Positions 27,393 to 36,364 of a DNA stretch of 64,000 nucleotides are shown one piece after another. Every line of letters begins with the position of its first letter. Position 1 is the stretch's first letter. The DNA is taken from contig JAFGFW010000021.1 in NCBI GenBank assembly GCA_016930875.1, positions 16,416-80,415 on the forward strand. Reading direction: 5' to 3'. The notes beneath the pieces were generated by a model that saw only the letters and a program-made list of their open reading frames with translations, was not told where the DNA came from and did no database searches. The DNA is from Deltaproteobacteria bacterium. GTDB taxonomy: Bacteria; Desulfobacterota; Desulfobacteria; Desulfobacterales; C00003060. The translations under genes and the position numbers were made by a program.

Positions 27393-27962
27393 ATGAGTCT
27401 TAAGAATCTCCTACTGCAGAAAAGATCTCCCATAGTAAAAAAGTGGCGTGACGTCATACTGCAGACTTACCATGAGCAGAGCCAAGCCTTTTTGAAGAAA
27501 AAAGATCCCTTTGGGAATCCGGTGGGCTCTACGATCTCTAAAGGGATAGAATCCTTGTATGACGCACTCCTGGAAGATGCAGGGTCTGACAAGACTTCCG
27601 AGGCCCTTGACAGCATTATGAAAGTCAGGGCTATTCAGGATTTCTCTTCGTCCCGGGCCGTCGGCTTTGTGTTTGGCTTAAAGAAAGTTATAAGAAAGGA
27701 GCTGGGGAGTGAGATCCTAAAAGGGGGGATCCTCGAAGAGTGGGCGGCATTTGAGTCTAAAATCGACGATCTGGCCTTGCTTTGCTTTGATATTTATACC
27801 GAGTGCCGGCAAAAGATTTTTGATATGAGGGTCCATGCGGTAAAGAATCAGTCGCATAGATTACTGAAAATGGCAGGTTTGGCATATGATCTCCCCGAAA
27901 ACTATGAGCACCCTGACTATGAAGGGGATCTCAAAGAGGGCCAGGTGGATAGAAGTCAATAA
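27393..27962 (+). CDS. RsbRD N-terminal-domain-like protein commonly preceding dsrMKJOP
   Basis: MSLKNLLLQKRSPIVKKWRDVILQTY...DPFGNPVG pattern, as I recall it from Desulfobacterota dsrMK neighbourhoods. Family assignment is from memory. Confidence 0.6.
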   Translation: MSLKNLLLQKRSPIVKKWRDVILQTYHEQSQAFLKKKDPFGNPVGSTISKGIESLYDALLEDAGSDKTSEALDSIMKVRAIQDFSSSRAVGFVFGLKKVIRKELGSEILKGGILEEWAAFESKIDDLALLCFDIYTECRQKIFDMRVHAVKNQSHRLLKMAGLAYDLPENYEHPDYEGDLKEGQVDRSQ

Positions 27963-27996
27963 CAAATAACCTAACACGGAAGCGAGGGGACACTAA

Positions 27997-29028
27997 ATGC
28001 ACATCATAATTAGCCTCACGGTTTCTTTCTTGGCAGTTTTTGGACTTGTTGTGATTGCCTTCTTTGGCGTGTGGGCGGCACACCTCGAGTGGCTTTTTGG
28101 GGTTGTGATTCCGTATCTTGCTGTGATCACATTCTTTGTGGGCATGGTCTACAAGGTGGTGCAATGGGCGAGATGCCCGGTGCCCTTCCGCATCACTTCC
28201 ACGTGTGGCCAGCAAAAAACGCTGCCCTGGCTCAAGAGAACTTATGTTGACAAATTAGATAACCCGTCCAGCACGGCCGGCGCTGTCGGCCGTATGATCC
28301 TGGAGGTCCTTTGTTTCCGGTCCCTGTTTAAGAATACCAGGCTTGAATTTGGGAGTGGGCAGGAGATCAAATATAAATCGGCCAAGTGGCTGTGGCTCGG
28401 GGCGATCGTGTTTCATTATGCCTTCCTGATCGTGTTACTCAGACATATCCGGTTTTTCGCGCAGCCTGAACCTTTTTTTGTCCCTCTCATTGAAAATATC
28501 GATGGTTTTTTCCAAATGTTCGTCCCCGCCCTTTATCAAAGCGGCTTCTTGCTTGGGGCAGCCTTGACGTATCTTTTGCTAAGAAGGATTCTTGACGGTA
28601 AGATGCGTTACATATCCCTTCCTGCCGACTACTTTCCCCTCTTTATGATCCTGGGTTTGGTCACGACAGGCATCCTTATGCGCTACCTGCTCAAGGTGGA
28701 TATAGTGGCTGTGAAGGAGTTGACTCTAGGCCTGGCCCAGTTCAGGCCTGTGGTCCCGGAGGGGATTGGCGTGCTCTTTTACATCCATCTCTTTCTGGTG
28801 AGCGTGTTCTTTGCCTATTTTCCCTTTAGCAAGCTGACCCACATGGCAGGTGTCTTTCTCAGCCCCACGAGAAACCTGTCTAATAATAGCCGGATGGTCA
28901 GACACATTAATCCCTGGAATTACCCTGTCAAGGTTCATACCTATGAGGCGTATGAAGACGAATTCAGAGAGAAAATGATAGACGCCGGATTGCCAGTGGA
29001 CAAAGAATCAGCATCGCCGGCAGAGTAA
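27997..29028 (+). CDS. dsrM: DsrM (NarI/HdrE-like membrane di-heme b subunit)
   Basis: Polytopic membrane protein with conserved His residues. Immediately precedes the dsrK-like gene. Confidence 0.9.
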   Translation: MHIIISLTVSFLAVFGLVVIAFFGVWAAHLEWLFGVVIPYLAVITFFVGMVYKVVQWARCPVPFRITSTCGQQKTLPWLKRTYVDKLDNPSSTAGAVGRMILEVLCFRSLFKNTRLEFGSGQEIKYKSAKWLWLGAIVFHYAFLIVLLRHIRFFAQPEPFFVPLIENIDGFFQMFVPALYQSGFLLGAALTYLLLRRILDGKMRYISLPADYFPLFMILGLVTTGILMRYLLKVDIVAVKELTLGLAQFRPVVPEGIGVLFYIHLFLVSVFFAYFPFSKLTHMAGVFLSPTRNLSNNSRMVRHINPWNYPVKVHTYEAYEDEFREKMIDAGLPVDKESASPAE

Positions 29029-29054
29029 GGAATAAACCTGGAAAAGGAGTCATC

Positions 29055-30713
29055 ATGGAAGTAGAACTAAAACAAGCAGACGTAATGAAGGGAACCAGAA
29101 AAGATGAAGTATTGGACATCGATCACAGCCCTTCGTTGCTTAAAAGGGGATGGATGCAGACCCCCGTTGACATCAAGCCGGCCATGCATTGCTATGCCTG
29201 CGAGCCGGCACGCCTTAAAGTGGTTGACTTTCCCAACCCAAGGGTATGGTCGGCAATGGATGAGGACTGGAAGCTGCCTAAAAACTGGAAAGAGATCGTC
29301 ATGGATGCCTTCAAGGATCGGCTTGACAGGTTCCGGACCTTTAAGCTCTTTATGGATATCTGTGTAAGATGCGGCGCCTGTGCCGACAAGTGCCACTTCT
29401 TCATCGGGTCCGCAGATCCCAAGAACATGCCCGTTTTGAGGGCAGAGCTTATACGATCCGTCTATCGAAGGAACTTCACAGCGGCCGGAAAGGTTTTCGG
29501 CAAGCTTGCAGGAGCAAGAGATCTCGACTATGGCGTGCTAAAAGAGTGGTGGTACTATCTGTATCAGTGCAGTGAGTGCCGGCGCTGTTCGGTCTTCTGC
29601 CCTTATGGGATTGATACAGCCGACATCACCATCATCGGCAGGGAATTCACCAACCTGCTGGGCCTGAACATAGACTGGATCGCAGCCCCCGTGGCGTTTT
29701 GTTACAGGACGGGAAATCACCTTGGCATTCAGCCCCATGCATACAAGAGTATGCTCGAATTTTTTCAGGACGAGATAGAGGAAGTGACCGGGGTACGGGT
29801 GGAGCCGAGTTACAACAGAAAAGGGGCCGAGATCCTCTTTATTACGCCTTCCGGTGACGTTTTTGCCGATCCCGGCACGTACACCTGCATGGGTTATATG
29901 ATTCTTTTTCACGAGCTTGGACTCGACGTGACTTGGAGCACATACGCCTCCGAGGGCGGAAACTTCGGTCTCTTTACCTCCCATGAGATGATGAAGAGGC
30001 TTAATGCCAAGATGTATATGGAAGCGAAGCGGCTGGGGGTAAAATGGATCCTTGGCGGGGAATGCGGCCACATGTGGCGGGTGATTAACCAGTATATGGC
30101 TACCATGAACTACGACATTGCGGAGGGGAGTAAGTTGGAAGAACCGGTTTCCCCTCTCACGGGCACGAAATTCGAGAGCGCAAAAGGGACGAAGATGGTA
30201 CATATCACGGAATTTACTGCAGACCTTATCAAGCACAACAAACTGAAATTAGATCCCAAGAGAAACGATAAGGTGAAAGTCACCTTTCATGACTCCTGCA
30301 ATCCTGCCAGGGCCATGGGGCTCTTGGAGGAGCCGCGGTATGTCATCAAGAATGTGTGCAATCACTTCTATGAGATGCCTTCCACTACCATCAGGGAGCA
30401 GACCTTCTGCTGCGGCGGCGGGTCCGGCCTGAATGCGGGTGAAGACGTGGAACTCAGGATGAGAGGGGGGCTCCCGAGGGCAAATGCCGTAAAGTTCGTT
30501 CACGATAAATACGGGGTTAACATGCTTTCCTGCATTTGTGCCATTGACAGGGCCGTCCTCCCAGATCTCATGAAATACTGGGTGCCTGAGGCGGGTGTCT
30601 GCGGCGTTCACGAGCTGGTGGCCAATGCCATGGTGTTAGAGGGAGAAAAGGAGAAGACGGTCGATTTGCGCAATGAACCCCTTGCTGAAACGGAGGATGC
30701 TGAAGATGTATGA
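29055..30713 (+). CDS. dsrK: DsrK (HdrD-like cytoplasmic Fe-S/CCG-domain subunit)
   Basis: CVRCGACADKC and CSECRRCSVFCP ferredoxin motifs, plus a CCG-type motif (QTFCCGGGSG). Confidence 0.9.
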   Translation: MEVELKQADVMKGTRKDEVLDIDHSPSLLKRGWMQTPVDIKPAMHCYACEPARLKVVDFPNPRVWSAMDEDWKLPKNWKEIVMDAFKDRLDRFRTFKLFMDICVRCGACADKCHFFIGSADPKNMPVLRAELIRSVYRRNFTAAGKVFGKLAGARDLDYGVLKEWWYYLYQCSECRRCSVFCPYGIDTADITIIGREFTNLLGLNIDWIAAPVAFCYRTGNHLGIQPHAYKSMLEFFQDEIEEVTGVRVEPSYNRKGAEILFITPSGDVFADPGTYTCMGYMILFHELGLDVTWSTYASEGGNFGLFTSHEMMKRLNAKMYMEAKRLGVKWILGGECGHMWRVINQYMATMNYDIAEGSKLEEPVSPLTGTKFESAKGTKMVHITEFTADLIKHNKLKLDPKRNDKVKVTFHDSCNPARAMGLLEEPRYVIKNVCNHFYEMPSTTIREQTFCCGGGSGLNAGEDVELRMRGGLPRANAVKFVHDKYGVNMLSCICAIDRAVLPDLMKYWVPEAGVCGVHELVANAMVLEGEKEKTVDLRNEPLAETEDAEDV

Positions 30714-31113
30714 CGGAGGTAAAATCATCGCAGGCATTATCATCGGTCTCTTGTTGTTGACATTTCCGATCTGGTATGGGTTGGGAAGGGCTGCCCCCAA
30801 ACCAGATGTAAAGGTTCCTGTCAAGGAGAAGGAGTGTGTGGAGCCGAAGGCATACATGAAGAACTACCACATGCAGTTGCTGGACCTGTGGAGAGACTCA
30901 ACCGTCCGCGTTGCCAAGAGATCTTTTATTGCTTTCAACGGGAAAAAGTATGAGATGAGCCTCCAAAAAACGTGTATGAGCGCGGATTGTCATGCGAGAA
31001 AGACCGAGTTTTGCGACCAATGTCACAATTATACGGGTGTCGTACCGTACTGTTGGGATTGCCATATTCCGCCTAAGGAGGAACCTAAGAGGAAACCCGA
31101 GGAAAAACATTAA
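30706..31113 (+). CDS. dsrJ: DsrJ (periplasmic triheme cytochrome c, membrane anchored)
   Basis: Start MYDGGKIIAGIIIGLLLL (ATG 30706, ggagga RBS, ATGTATGA overlap with dsrK). Heme motifs CMSADCH, CDQCH and CWDCH. Confidence 0.85.
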   Translation: MYDGGKIIAGIIIGLLLLTFPIWYGLGRAAPKPDVKVPVKEKECVEPKAYMKNYHMQLLDLWRDSTVRVAKRSFIAFNGKKYEMSLQKTCMSADCHARKTEFCDQCHNYTGVVPYCWDCHIPPKEEPKRKPEEKH

Positions 31114-31125
31114 GGAGAAGTAGTG

Positions 31126-32022
31126 ATGGCTGTGAACAGAAGAAAATTCTTGAAGATCGGTGGCGCTTCCATATTGGCCTTTGGGGCCAAGCCTGCCGCA
31201 GATGCCCTTGGAATTAGTCCAACCGAATGGTTGGACGAAAAGCTGGGCGGCTTCACGATCCCTGAAACACTCTTACACCTGTTTCGCAAGCCGGCTGGGA
31301 GTGTGGCTGGAGAGGCCCTGACCGCAAAACGATGGGCCATGGTCGTCAACGTAAGAGCCCTGGACGAAGAGATAGCAGAGGCGTGCAAGGAAGCCTGCCA
31401 TCGGGTTCATAATGTGCCAGAAATTGATAACCCAAAGCACGAGATTAAGTGGATCTGGCAGGAGGAGTATGAGCACGTCTTCCCGGGCCAGCAACATGAA
31501 CACGTAGACGAGGCATTAAAGAAGCTACCCTTTCTCGTTATGTGCAACCACTGCTTCAATCCCCCTTGCTGCAGGGTGTGTCCCACAAAGGCAACATTCA
31601 AGAGAAAGAAGGATGGCATCGTCCTGATGGACATGCACCGCTGTATTGGGTGCCGGTTCTGTATGGCGGCGTGTCCTTTTGGAGCCAGAAGCTTCAATTG
31701 GATAATCCCCTGGCCCCGGGCAGGGGCGGAAGAGGAGCGGAGGTTTAAAGGTAAAGAGCCGCCAACCCCCGACTATCCTACAAGGGCGAAAGGCGTGGTG
31801 GAAAAGTGCAATTTTTGCGCAGAACGGCTTGCCAAAGGCCAGATCCCAGCCTGCGTGGAGGTTTCCCAGGAGCTCTGTAAGAAGAAAGGCAGGGAGCCAG
31901 CGCTGGTATTCGGGGATCTGGAAGACCCTGACTCAGAAGTGAGGCAACTGTTGCGCTTGCATTACACCATTCGGCGCAAACCAGAGCTTGGGTCGCATCC
32001 GAACGTCTATTATATTGTGTGA
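31126..32022 (+). CDS. dsrO: DsrO (periplasmic Tat-exported 4Fe-4S ferredoxin subunit)
   Basis: Tat signal MAVNRRKFLKIGGASILAFGA. Cluster motifs CNHCFNPPCCRVCP, CIGCRFCMAACP and CNFCAERL. Confidence 0.9.
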   Translation: MAVNRRKFLKIGGASILAFGAKPAADALGISPTEWLDEKLGGFTIPETLLHLFRKPAGSVAGEALTAKRWAMVVNVRALDEEIAEACKEACHRVHNVPEIDNPKHEIKWIWQEEYEHVFPGQQHEHVDEALKKLPFLVMCNHCFNPPCCRVCPTKATFKRKKDGIVLMDMHRCIGCRFCMAACPFGARSFNWIIPWPRAGAEEERRFKGKEPPTPDYPTRAKGVVEKCNFCAERLAKGQIPACVEVSQELCKKKGREPALVFGDLEDPDSEVRQLLRLHYTIRRKPELGSHPNVYYIV

Positions 32023-32032
32023 GAGGTGAGCT

Positions 32033-33202
32033 ATGCTTGAGAAGGCATTTGTCGGAGGGCGGAAATACTGGCTATTGATTGCATGTTTGCTTGGCGTCAT
32101 TGGGGTAGGCTTTATTATGTGGCTCTGGCAGTTCCGTGTTGGCCTGGGCATCACAGGTATGAGCAGGGACGTTTCGTGGGGGTTTTATATAGGCCAATTT
32201 ACGTACCTTGTTGGTGTAGCAGCCGCAGGAGTTATGGTTGTGCTGCCATATTACCTCCATCACTATAAAGCCTTTGGACGGATTACCATCTTGGCAGAGT
32301 TCATGGCTATTGGCGCTGTGAGCATGTGTTTGTTGTTTATTCTGGTAGACCTTGGTAATCCGGTTCGGATGATTAATGTGCTGTTGCACCCCACCCCCAG
32401 GTCGGTCCTTTTCTGGGACATGATAGTCCTGAACGGGTATCTCTTCCTTAATATTTTTGTCGGGTGGAATGTGCTGTCGGCAGAGCGTAAAGGCTCGCCT
32501 CCCCCTGGATGGATCAAACCTTTCATATATCTTTCTATTCCCTGGGCGATCAGCATCCACACGGTTACAGCATACCTTTACGCGGGTCTTCCTGGGAGAG
32601 GTTTCTGGCTTACCGCCATTATGGCGCCTCGTTTTCTCTCCTCAGCATTTTGTGCAGGGCCTGCCATCCTGATCCTTCTTTGTCTTATCGTAAGAAAGAC
32701 GACGAAATTCGATCCCGGCAAGGAGCAAATTCGAACGCTCGGCAGCATTGTCACTTATGCCCTTGTCTTGAATGTGTTTTTCTTCCTGTGCGAACTTTTT
32801 ACCGTCTTCTACAGTCAAATACCAGGCCACATGCATCACTTTCACTACCTCTTCTTCGGCCATGAAGGGCATGTAGTAAAGCTCGTTCCCCTGATGTGGC
32901 TTGCTTTCGCATGCATGACGGCGGCCATTGTTCTCCTGGTTATTCCTGTCACACGCAGGAATGAAGGTATCTTGACAGTGGCCTGTGTGTTGACAGTTGT
33001 TGGAACGTGGATAGATAAGGGATTTGGTCTGGTTGTGGGTGGATTTGTACCCAATCCTTTAGAGAGAATTACTGACTATTGGCCTACAGTGCCTGAGACG
33101 TTAATCGCACTGGGAGTGTGGGCAACCGGGTTCCTCATAATCAGCCTGCTTTACAAGGTCGCCACCTCAGTGAAGGTGGAGGTGGGGGCAGGGCAGGCCT
33201 AG
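32033..33202 (+). CDS. dsrP: DsrP (NrfD/PsrC-family integral membrane quinone-interacting subunit)
   Basis: About 10 TM segments. Last gene of the MKJOP order. Confidence 0.9.
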   Translation: MLEKAFVGGRKYWLLIACLLGVIGVGFIMWLWQFRVGLGITGMSRDVSWGFYIGQFTYLVGVAAAGVMVVLPYYLHHYKAFGRITILAEFMAIGAVSMCLLFILVDLGNPVRMINVLLHPTPRSVLFWDMIVLNGYLFLNIFVGWNVLSAERKGSPPPGWIKPFIYLSIPWAISIHTVTAYLYAGLPGRGFWLTAIMAPRFLSSAFCAGPAILILLCLIVRKTTKFDPGKEQIRTLGSIVTYALVLNVFFFLCELFTVFYSQIPGHMHHFHYLFFGHEGHVVKLVPLMWLAFACMTAAIVLLVIPVTRRNEGILTVACVLTVVGTWIDKGFGLVVGGFVPNPLERITDYWPTVPETLIALGVWATGFLIISLLYKVATSVKVEVGAGQA

Positions 33203-33239
33203 TTCAGGTCTTCACCATTCACATACGGCTTCAAATATA

Positions 33240-33278
33240 AAGGGCTCATTCCGGTTCGGAATGAGCCCTTTCTTATAT
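33240..33278 (+). terminator. Rho-independent terminator after dsrP
   Basis: Perfect 14-bp stem aagggctcattccg / cggaatgagccctt with a 3-nt loop, then a T-rich tail. Confidence 0.8.
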
Positions 33279-33289
33279 TGGGTTCTGGA

Positions 33290-33450
33290 AAACCCCGTCC
33301 TCTGAGCGGGGTCGCCGACTTCGCCAGCCTACTCCGCCGAAGTGGCAACGGCTACGAAGGCCGGGAAGTAGCCTTGGCTACGAGCTCTCCGCCCGGCTGC
33401 GGGCCGAAGCCTATGGCGGGGAGCCCGAAGGCTACGGCCCGCAGATTGCT
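33290..33450. repeat. Dispersed repeat element (second copy of the 17.6-kb family)
   Basis: ccgcccggctgcgggccgaagcctatggcggggagcccgaagg is about 85% identical to 17601-17640. The listed ORF 33278-33460 is a pseudo-ORF. Confidence 0.55.
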
Positions 33451-33546
33451 TTTGCCTTGATGGTATGTCACGGGGTAATGGTGTATTTCCAAGAATGTGG
33501 CCCCTGAAAGGCCAAAGATGTGGTTGGATTGCGCAGCAATCTTATG

Positions 33547-33732
33547 TTAGTGATGGCTCGGCGCAGACTTGCCGGCAACCTTAACGGCAGTGGTGATTCC
33601 TCCGAAGATAAGCAATGCCTCGAAAACAGCTACAACAAACCAGTTTTCAAACAGGTGATACGTTAGCCCCCCCCCAATAATGGCAGGCGCGCCAAAGACG
33701 ATCATGATTCCAAAGATTCTAAAGATATCCAT
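33547..33732 (-). CDS. Small hydrophobic protein (61 aa, 2 TM)
   Basis: Two clear hydrophobic spans. Same strand as, and downstream of, the qrc-like operon. Confidence 0.45.
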   Translation of the reverse strand: MDIFRIFGIMIVFGAPAIIGGGLTYHLFENWFVVAVFEALLIFGGITTAVKVAGKSAPSHH

Positions 33733-33773
33733 ATTCAGCTCCCCACTTTTCCGGGTTTAGTATCAACTCAATG

Positions 33774-33929
33774 ATGGCCGTGCTGATCCTTTTTGCACAA
33801 GCAGTCAAACAAGGCACGAATAGCGGCGTAATTTACAAGGATTCCCAGTAGTACTAAGACCGTATAAAGGGAACCCATAAAGACAAAGTGACTTGCATCG
33901 TTTACCCACTCAAAGGCAAATGGAAACAT
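33774..33929 (-). CDS. Small membrane protein (51 aa), not in the supplied ORF track
   Basis: Hand-translated as MFPFAFEWVNDASHFVFMGSLYTVLVLLGILVNYAAIRALFDCLCKKDQHGHH. aggaagga RBS ~7 nt upstream. Starts 14 nt after the qrcD-like stop. Confidence 0.4.
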
Positions 33930-33942
33930 GGCGATGTCCTTC

Positions 33943-35193
33943 CTATAATGGATTTAATTCCTTCTCTTGAGGAAAGATCGGCAGATACCGATATGAAAGC
34001 GATATGACAACAGCACCTATCCAAACCCATAGCAGCGTGCTCGCCCACTCCGCCCAGTTGGGGTGATAGCTAAAAAACTTGTCAAATGGCATGACCGGCA
34101 CGGCGAGGCTTTGCACGGTCATGATCCACCGATTCATAAAGATCCCCGCACAGTTCAAGAAGCAGGCAAGAATCAGTATATTCTGATTCTGTCGAGTTGC
34201 CTTGATCAGCAGGAGAATACATGGGATAACCCCGAAGATTCCAAGCTCTGTGATTAACACCCAGTAACCATATGGCTGATTGGCATAAAAGCTGCCGAGA
34301 GGGGCGCCTACCTGTCCAGCCCAACTCAGCCAACCGACCGTATCTAGAATCTTCAAAACCAGATAGCCAGCCAACAGCCAGCCGGAGATCTTGGCAAGAA
34401 TGTCAATCACATTTCTCTTGACTAAATTCTTTCGGGCAAATCCCTCTGTGATCCGGGTGATCAGTATGGTGAAACAAGGACCACAGGCCATGGCCGAAAG
34501 GATAAAGAGGAAGAATGTCCAAGGCCACACGAGAAACCCTTCACGATAAGCAAAAGGCCTGCCATAGAGCACGCCCGGGACGCCACCCAGGGAGCCTTGA
34601 TGAAAGAAAGAAAGGAACACACCCACAGCCGCTATTGCGGGCATGGCTTCATGAAGACGATGAGAAAAAAAGTGGAAGACCGGAACCCTGTCGATCTGAC
34701 GATTCTCCAGAACCAAGGGGAGATACTCGATCAACAACACCGTGAAATAGCACGAGATACAAAAGGCCACCTCTGTCAGCATGGAGTGGACGTTGGCGTG
34801 CCAGAAGATATGCCAACCCCTCAGGGGTTGACCAATATCTACTGCCAGGATGCCGAGGGCTGCGGAATAGCATATGACTCCAACAACCACAGCAAAATTG
34901 ACGATATTCTTAAGCTCGTCTATCTTTATGACATACCTGAGAAAACCCGTAAAAAAGGCGCCTCCGCCAAGGGCAATAATACCCAGATCTGCGGCAATCC
35001 ATATACCGAATGGGTAATTGTTGTTAAGATATGTCTGGTTCAGGGCCAGGCCCCAACACACAAGATAGGCGATAGCACCTATCATTAAGGGGACCTGCAA
35101 GATGCCGATCCACACAAGAAACCACCCAAACGAACACCGTTTGACACCCTCTGGTATTAGTGCAGAATCAAATGGGGTTGATGCAGAATTCAT
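33943..35193 (-). CDS. qrcD: NrfD/PsrC-family membrane subunit, QrcD-like
   Basis: About 10 TM helices. Start set at MNSASTPF (35193, ggag RBS). Fourth gene of a cytochrome c / MopB / FeS / NrfD operon. Confidence 0.75.
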   Translation of the reverse strand: MNSASTPFDSALIPEGVKRCSFGWFLVWIGILQVPLMIGAIAYLVCWGLALNQTYLNNNYPFGIWIAADLGIIALGGGAFFTGFLRYVIKIDELKNIVNFAVVVGVICYSAALGILAVDIGQPLRGWHIFWHANVHSMLTEVAFCISCYFTVLLIEYLPLVLENRQIDRVPVFHFFSHRLHEAMPAIAAVGVFLSFFHQGSLGGVPGVLYGRPFAYREGFLVWPWTFFLFILSAMACGPCFTILITRITEGFARKNLVKRNVIDILAKISGWLLAGYLVLKILDTVGWLSWAGQVGAPLGSFYANQPYGYWVLITELGIFGVIPCILLLIKATRQNQNILILACFLNCAGIFMNRWIMTVQSLAVPVMPFDKFFSYHPNWAEWASTLLWVWIGAVVISLSYRYLPIFPQEKELNPL

Positions 35194-35389
35194 AACAAAC
35201 ACTCCTTCTGAAGTTAGGGGCTTTGCCCCAATCGGAGTAATGGAGTGACGGAGTGATGGGTCCAAAGTGAAAAAATAACTCCGCTCTTACTACCCACTAC
35301 TCCCATGCTCCATCATTCCATGTGAGCGGCATAAGTTGATTGCCACTAGAAGACCTTCCAGTTCAATAAGTTGTGAAAATTCCGAGACA

Positions 35390-36208
35390 TTACGGGTGAG
35401 TTACACCCTTTCCTTCCTCGCCTATATAGACGTCGGCCGCCTTCAGGACCCAGGCCCTTGATGAAACATAGTACACCTTGGGATTGGTGCCGAGTTTTTC
35501 CAAGAGCCGGAAGGCGCCGGGCGAATCCTTTAGCTTATGAACCTCGTGCTCCGGGTTCTGTAAATCTCCGAAGGTGATGGCCCCTGCAGGACAGGCCTGC
35601 GTGCAAGCCGTTTGATATTCATCCTCATGAATTTCGCGCCGCTCTTCAGCGTAGGCCTTGTTTCTGGCCCGCTGAAGCCGATGGTTGCAAAAACTGCACT
35701 TTTCCACCACGCCGCGCATACGAACGGACACATCGGGACTCAGGTACTTTTCCATTCCTTCCGGCCATTTCGGGTCCCACCAGTTAAAAACACGCACATG
35801 GTAAGGACAGGCAGCCATGCAATACCTGCACCCGAAGCAGCGCGTATAGATTTGACTCACGATACCGGTCTCTTGGTCGTAATCAGTGGCCACTGCCGGG
35901 CATACGGATACACACGGCGTATGATGATGGTGCCCGTGGCCCTCACAGTGCATGCAGGGTCTTGGAATATAGCATATTTCGGTGTCGGGAAAGGGTAGAC
36001 CATTGCTGATTTTATAGACCCGCATCCAGTAGTTACTGAGCAACTTGTCGGAGTTGTCTTTCCTGAAGGATATGTTGTTTTCGGCCATGCACGCTACCAT
36101 ACAAGCGCCACAGCCAGTGCATTTGTCGAGATCAATCACCATGCCGTACTTGTACTTAGTCCCGTGCCCTTCATGATGCTTGTGCGCTTCGTGATGTTGC
36201 TCGCTCAT
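35390..36208 (-). CDS. qrcC: 4x[4Fe-4S]-type ferredoxin subunit, QrcC-like
   Basis: CTGCGACMVAC, CMHC...CVSVCP, CFGCRYCMAACP and CSFCNHRL motifs. No signal peptide. His-rich N-terminus. Confidence 0.75.
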   Translation of the reverse strand: MSEQHHEAHKHHEGHGTKYKYGMVIDLDKCTGCGACMVACMAENNISFRKDNSDKLLSNYWMRVYKISNGLPFPDTEICYIPRPCMHCEGHGHHHHTPCVSVCPAVATDYDQETGIVSQIYTRCFGCRYCMAACPYHVRVFNWWDPKWPEGMEKYLSPDVSVRMRGVVEKCSFCNHRLQRARNKAYAEERREIHEDEYQTACTQACPAGAITFGDLQNPEHEVHKLKDSPGAFRLLEKLGTNPKVYYVSSRAWVLKAADVYIGEEGKGVTHP

Positions 36209-36364
36209 GGTTACCCCTCACGTTTCAATTTCCACACCTTATTCAAATCATCACTTATTTTTCATACCCGAGATCTAACGGGACGGCTTGCCTAAGCGGG
36301 CGCCATTGCGGCCGGCCGCGCCAGCGGGCCGACGATACTTAGATGCTGTCAAATTCCGATGCGT

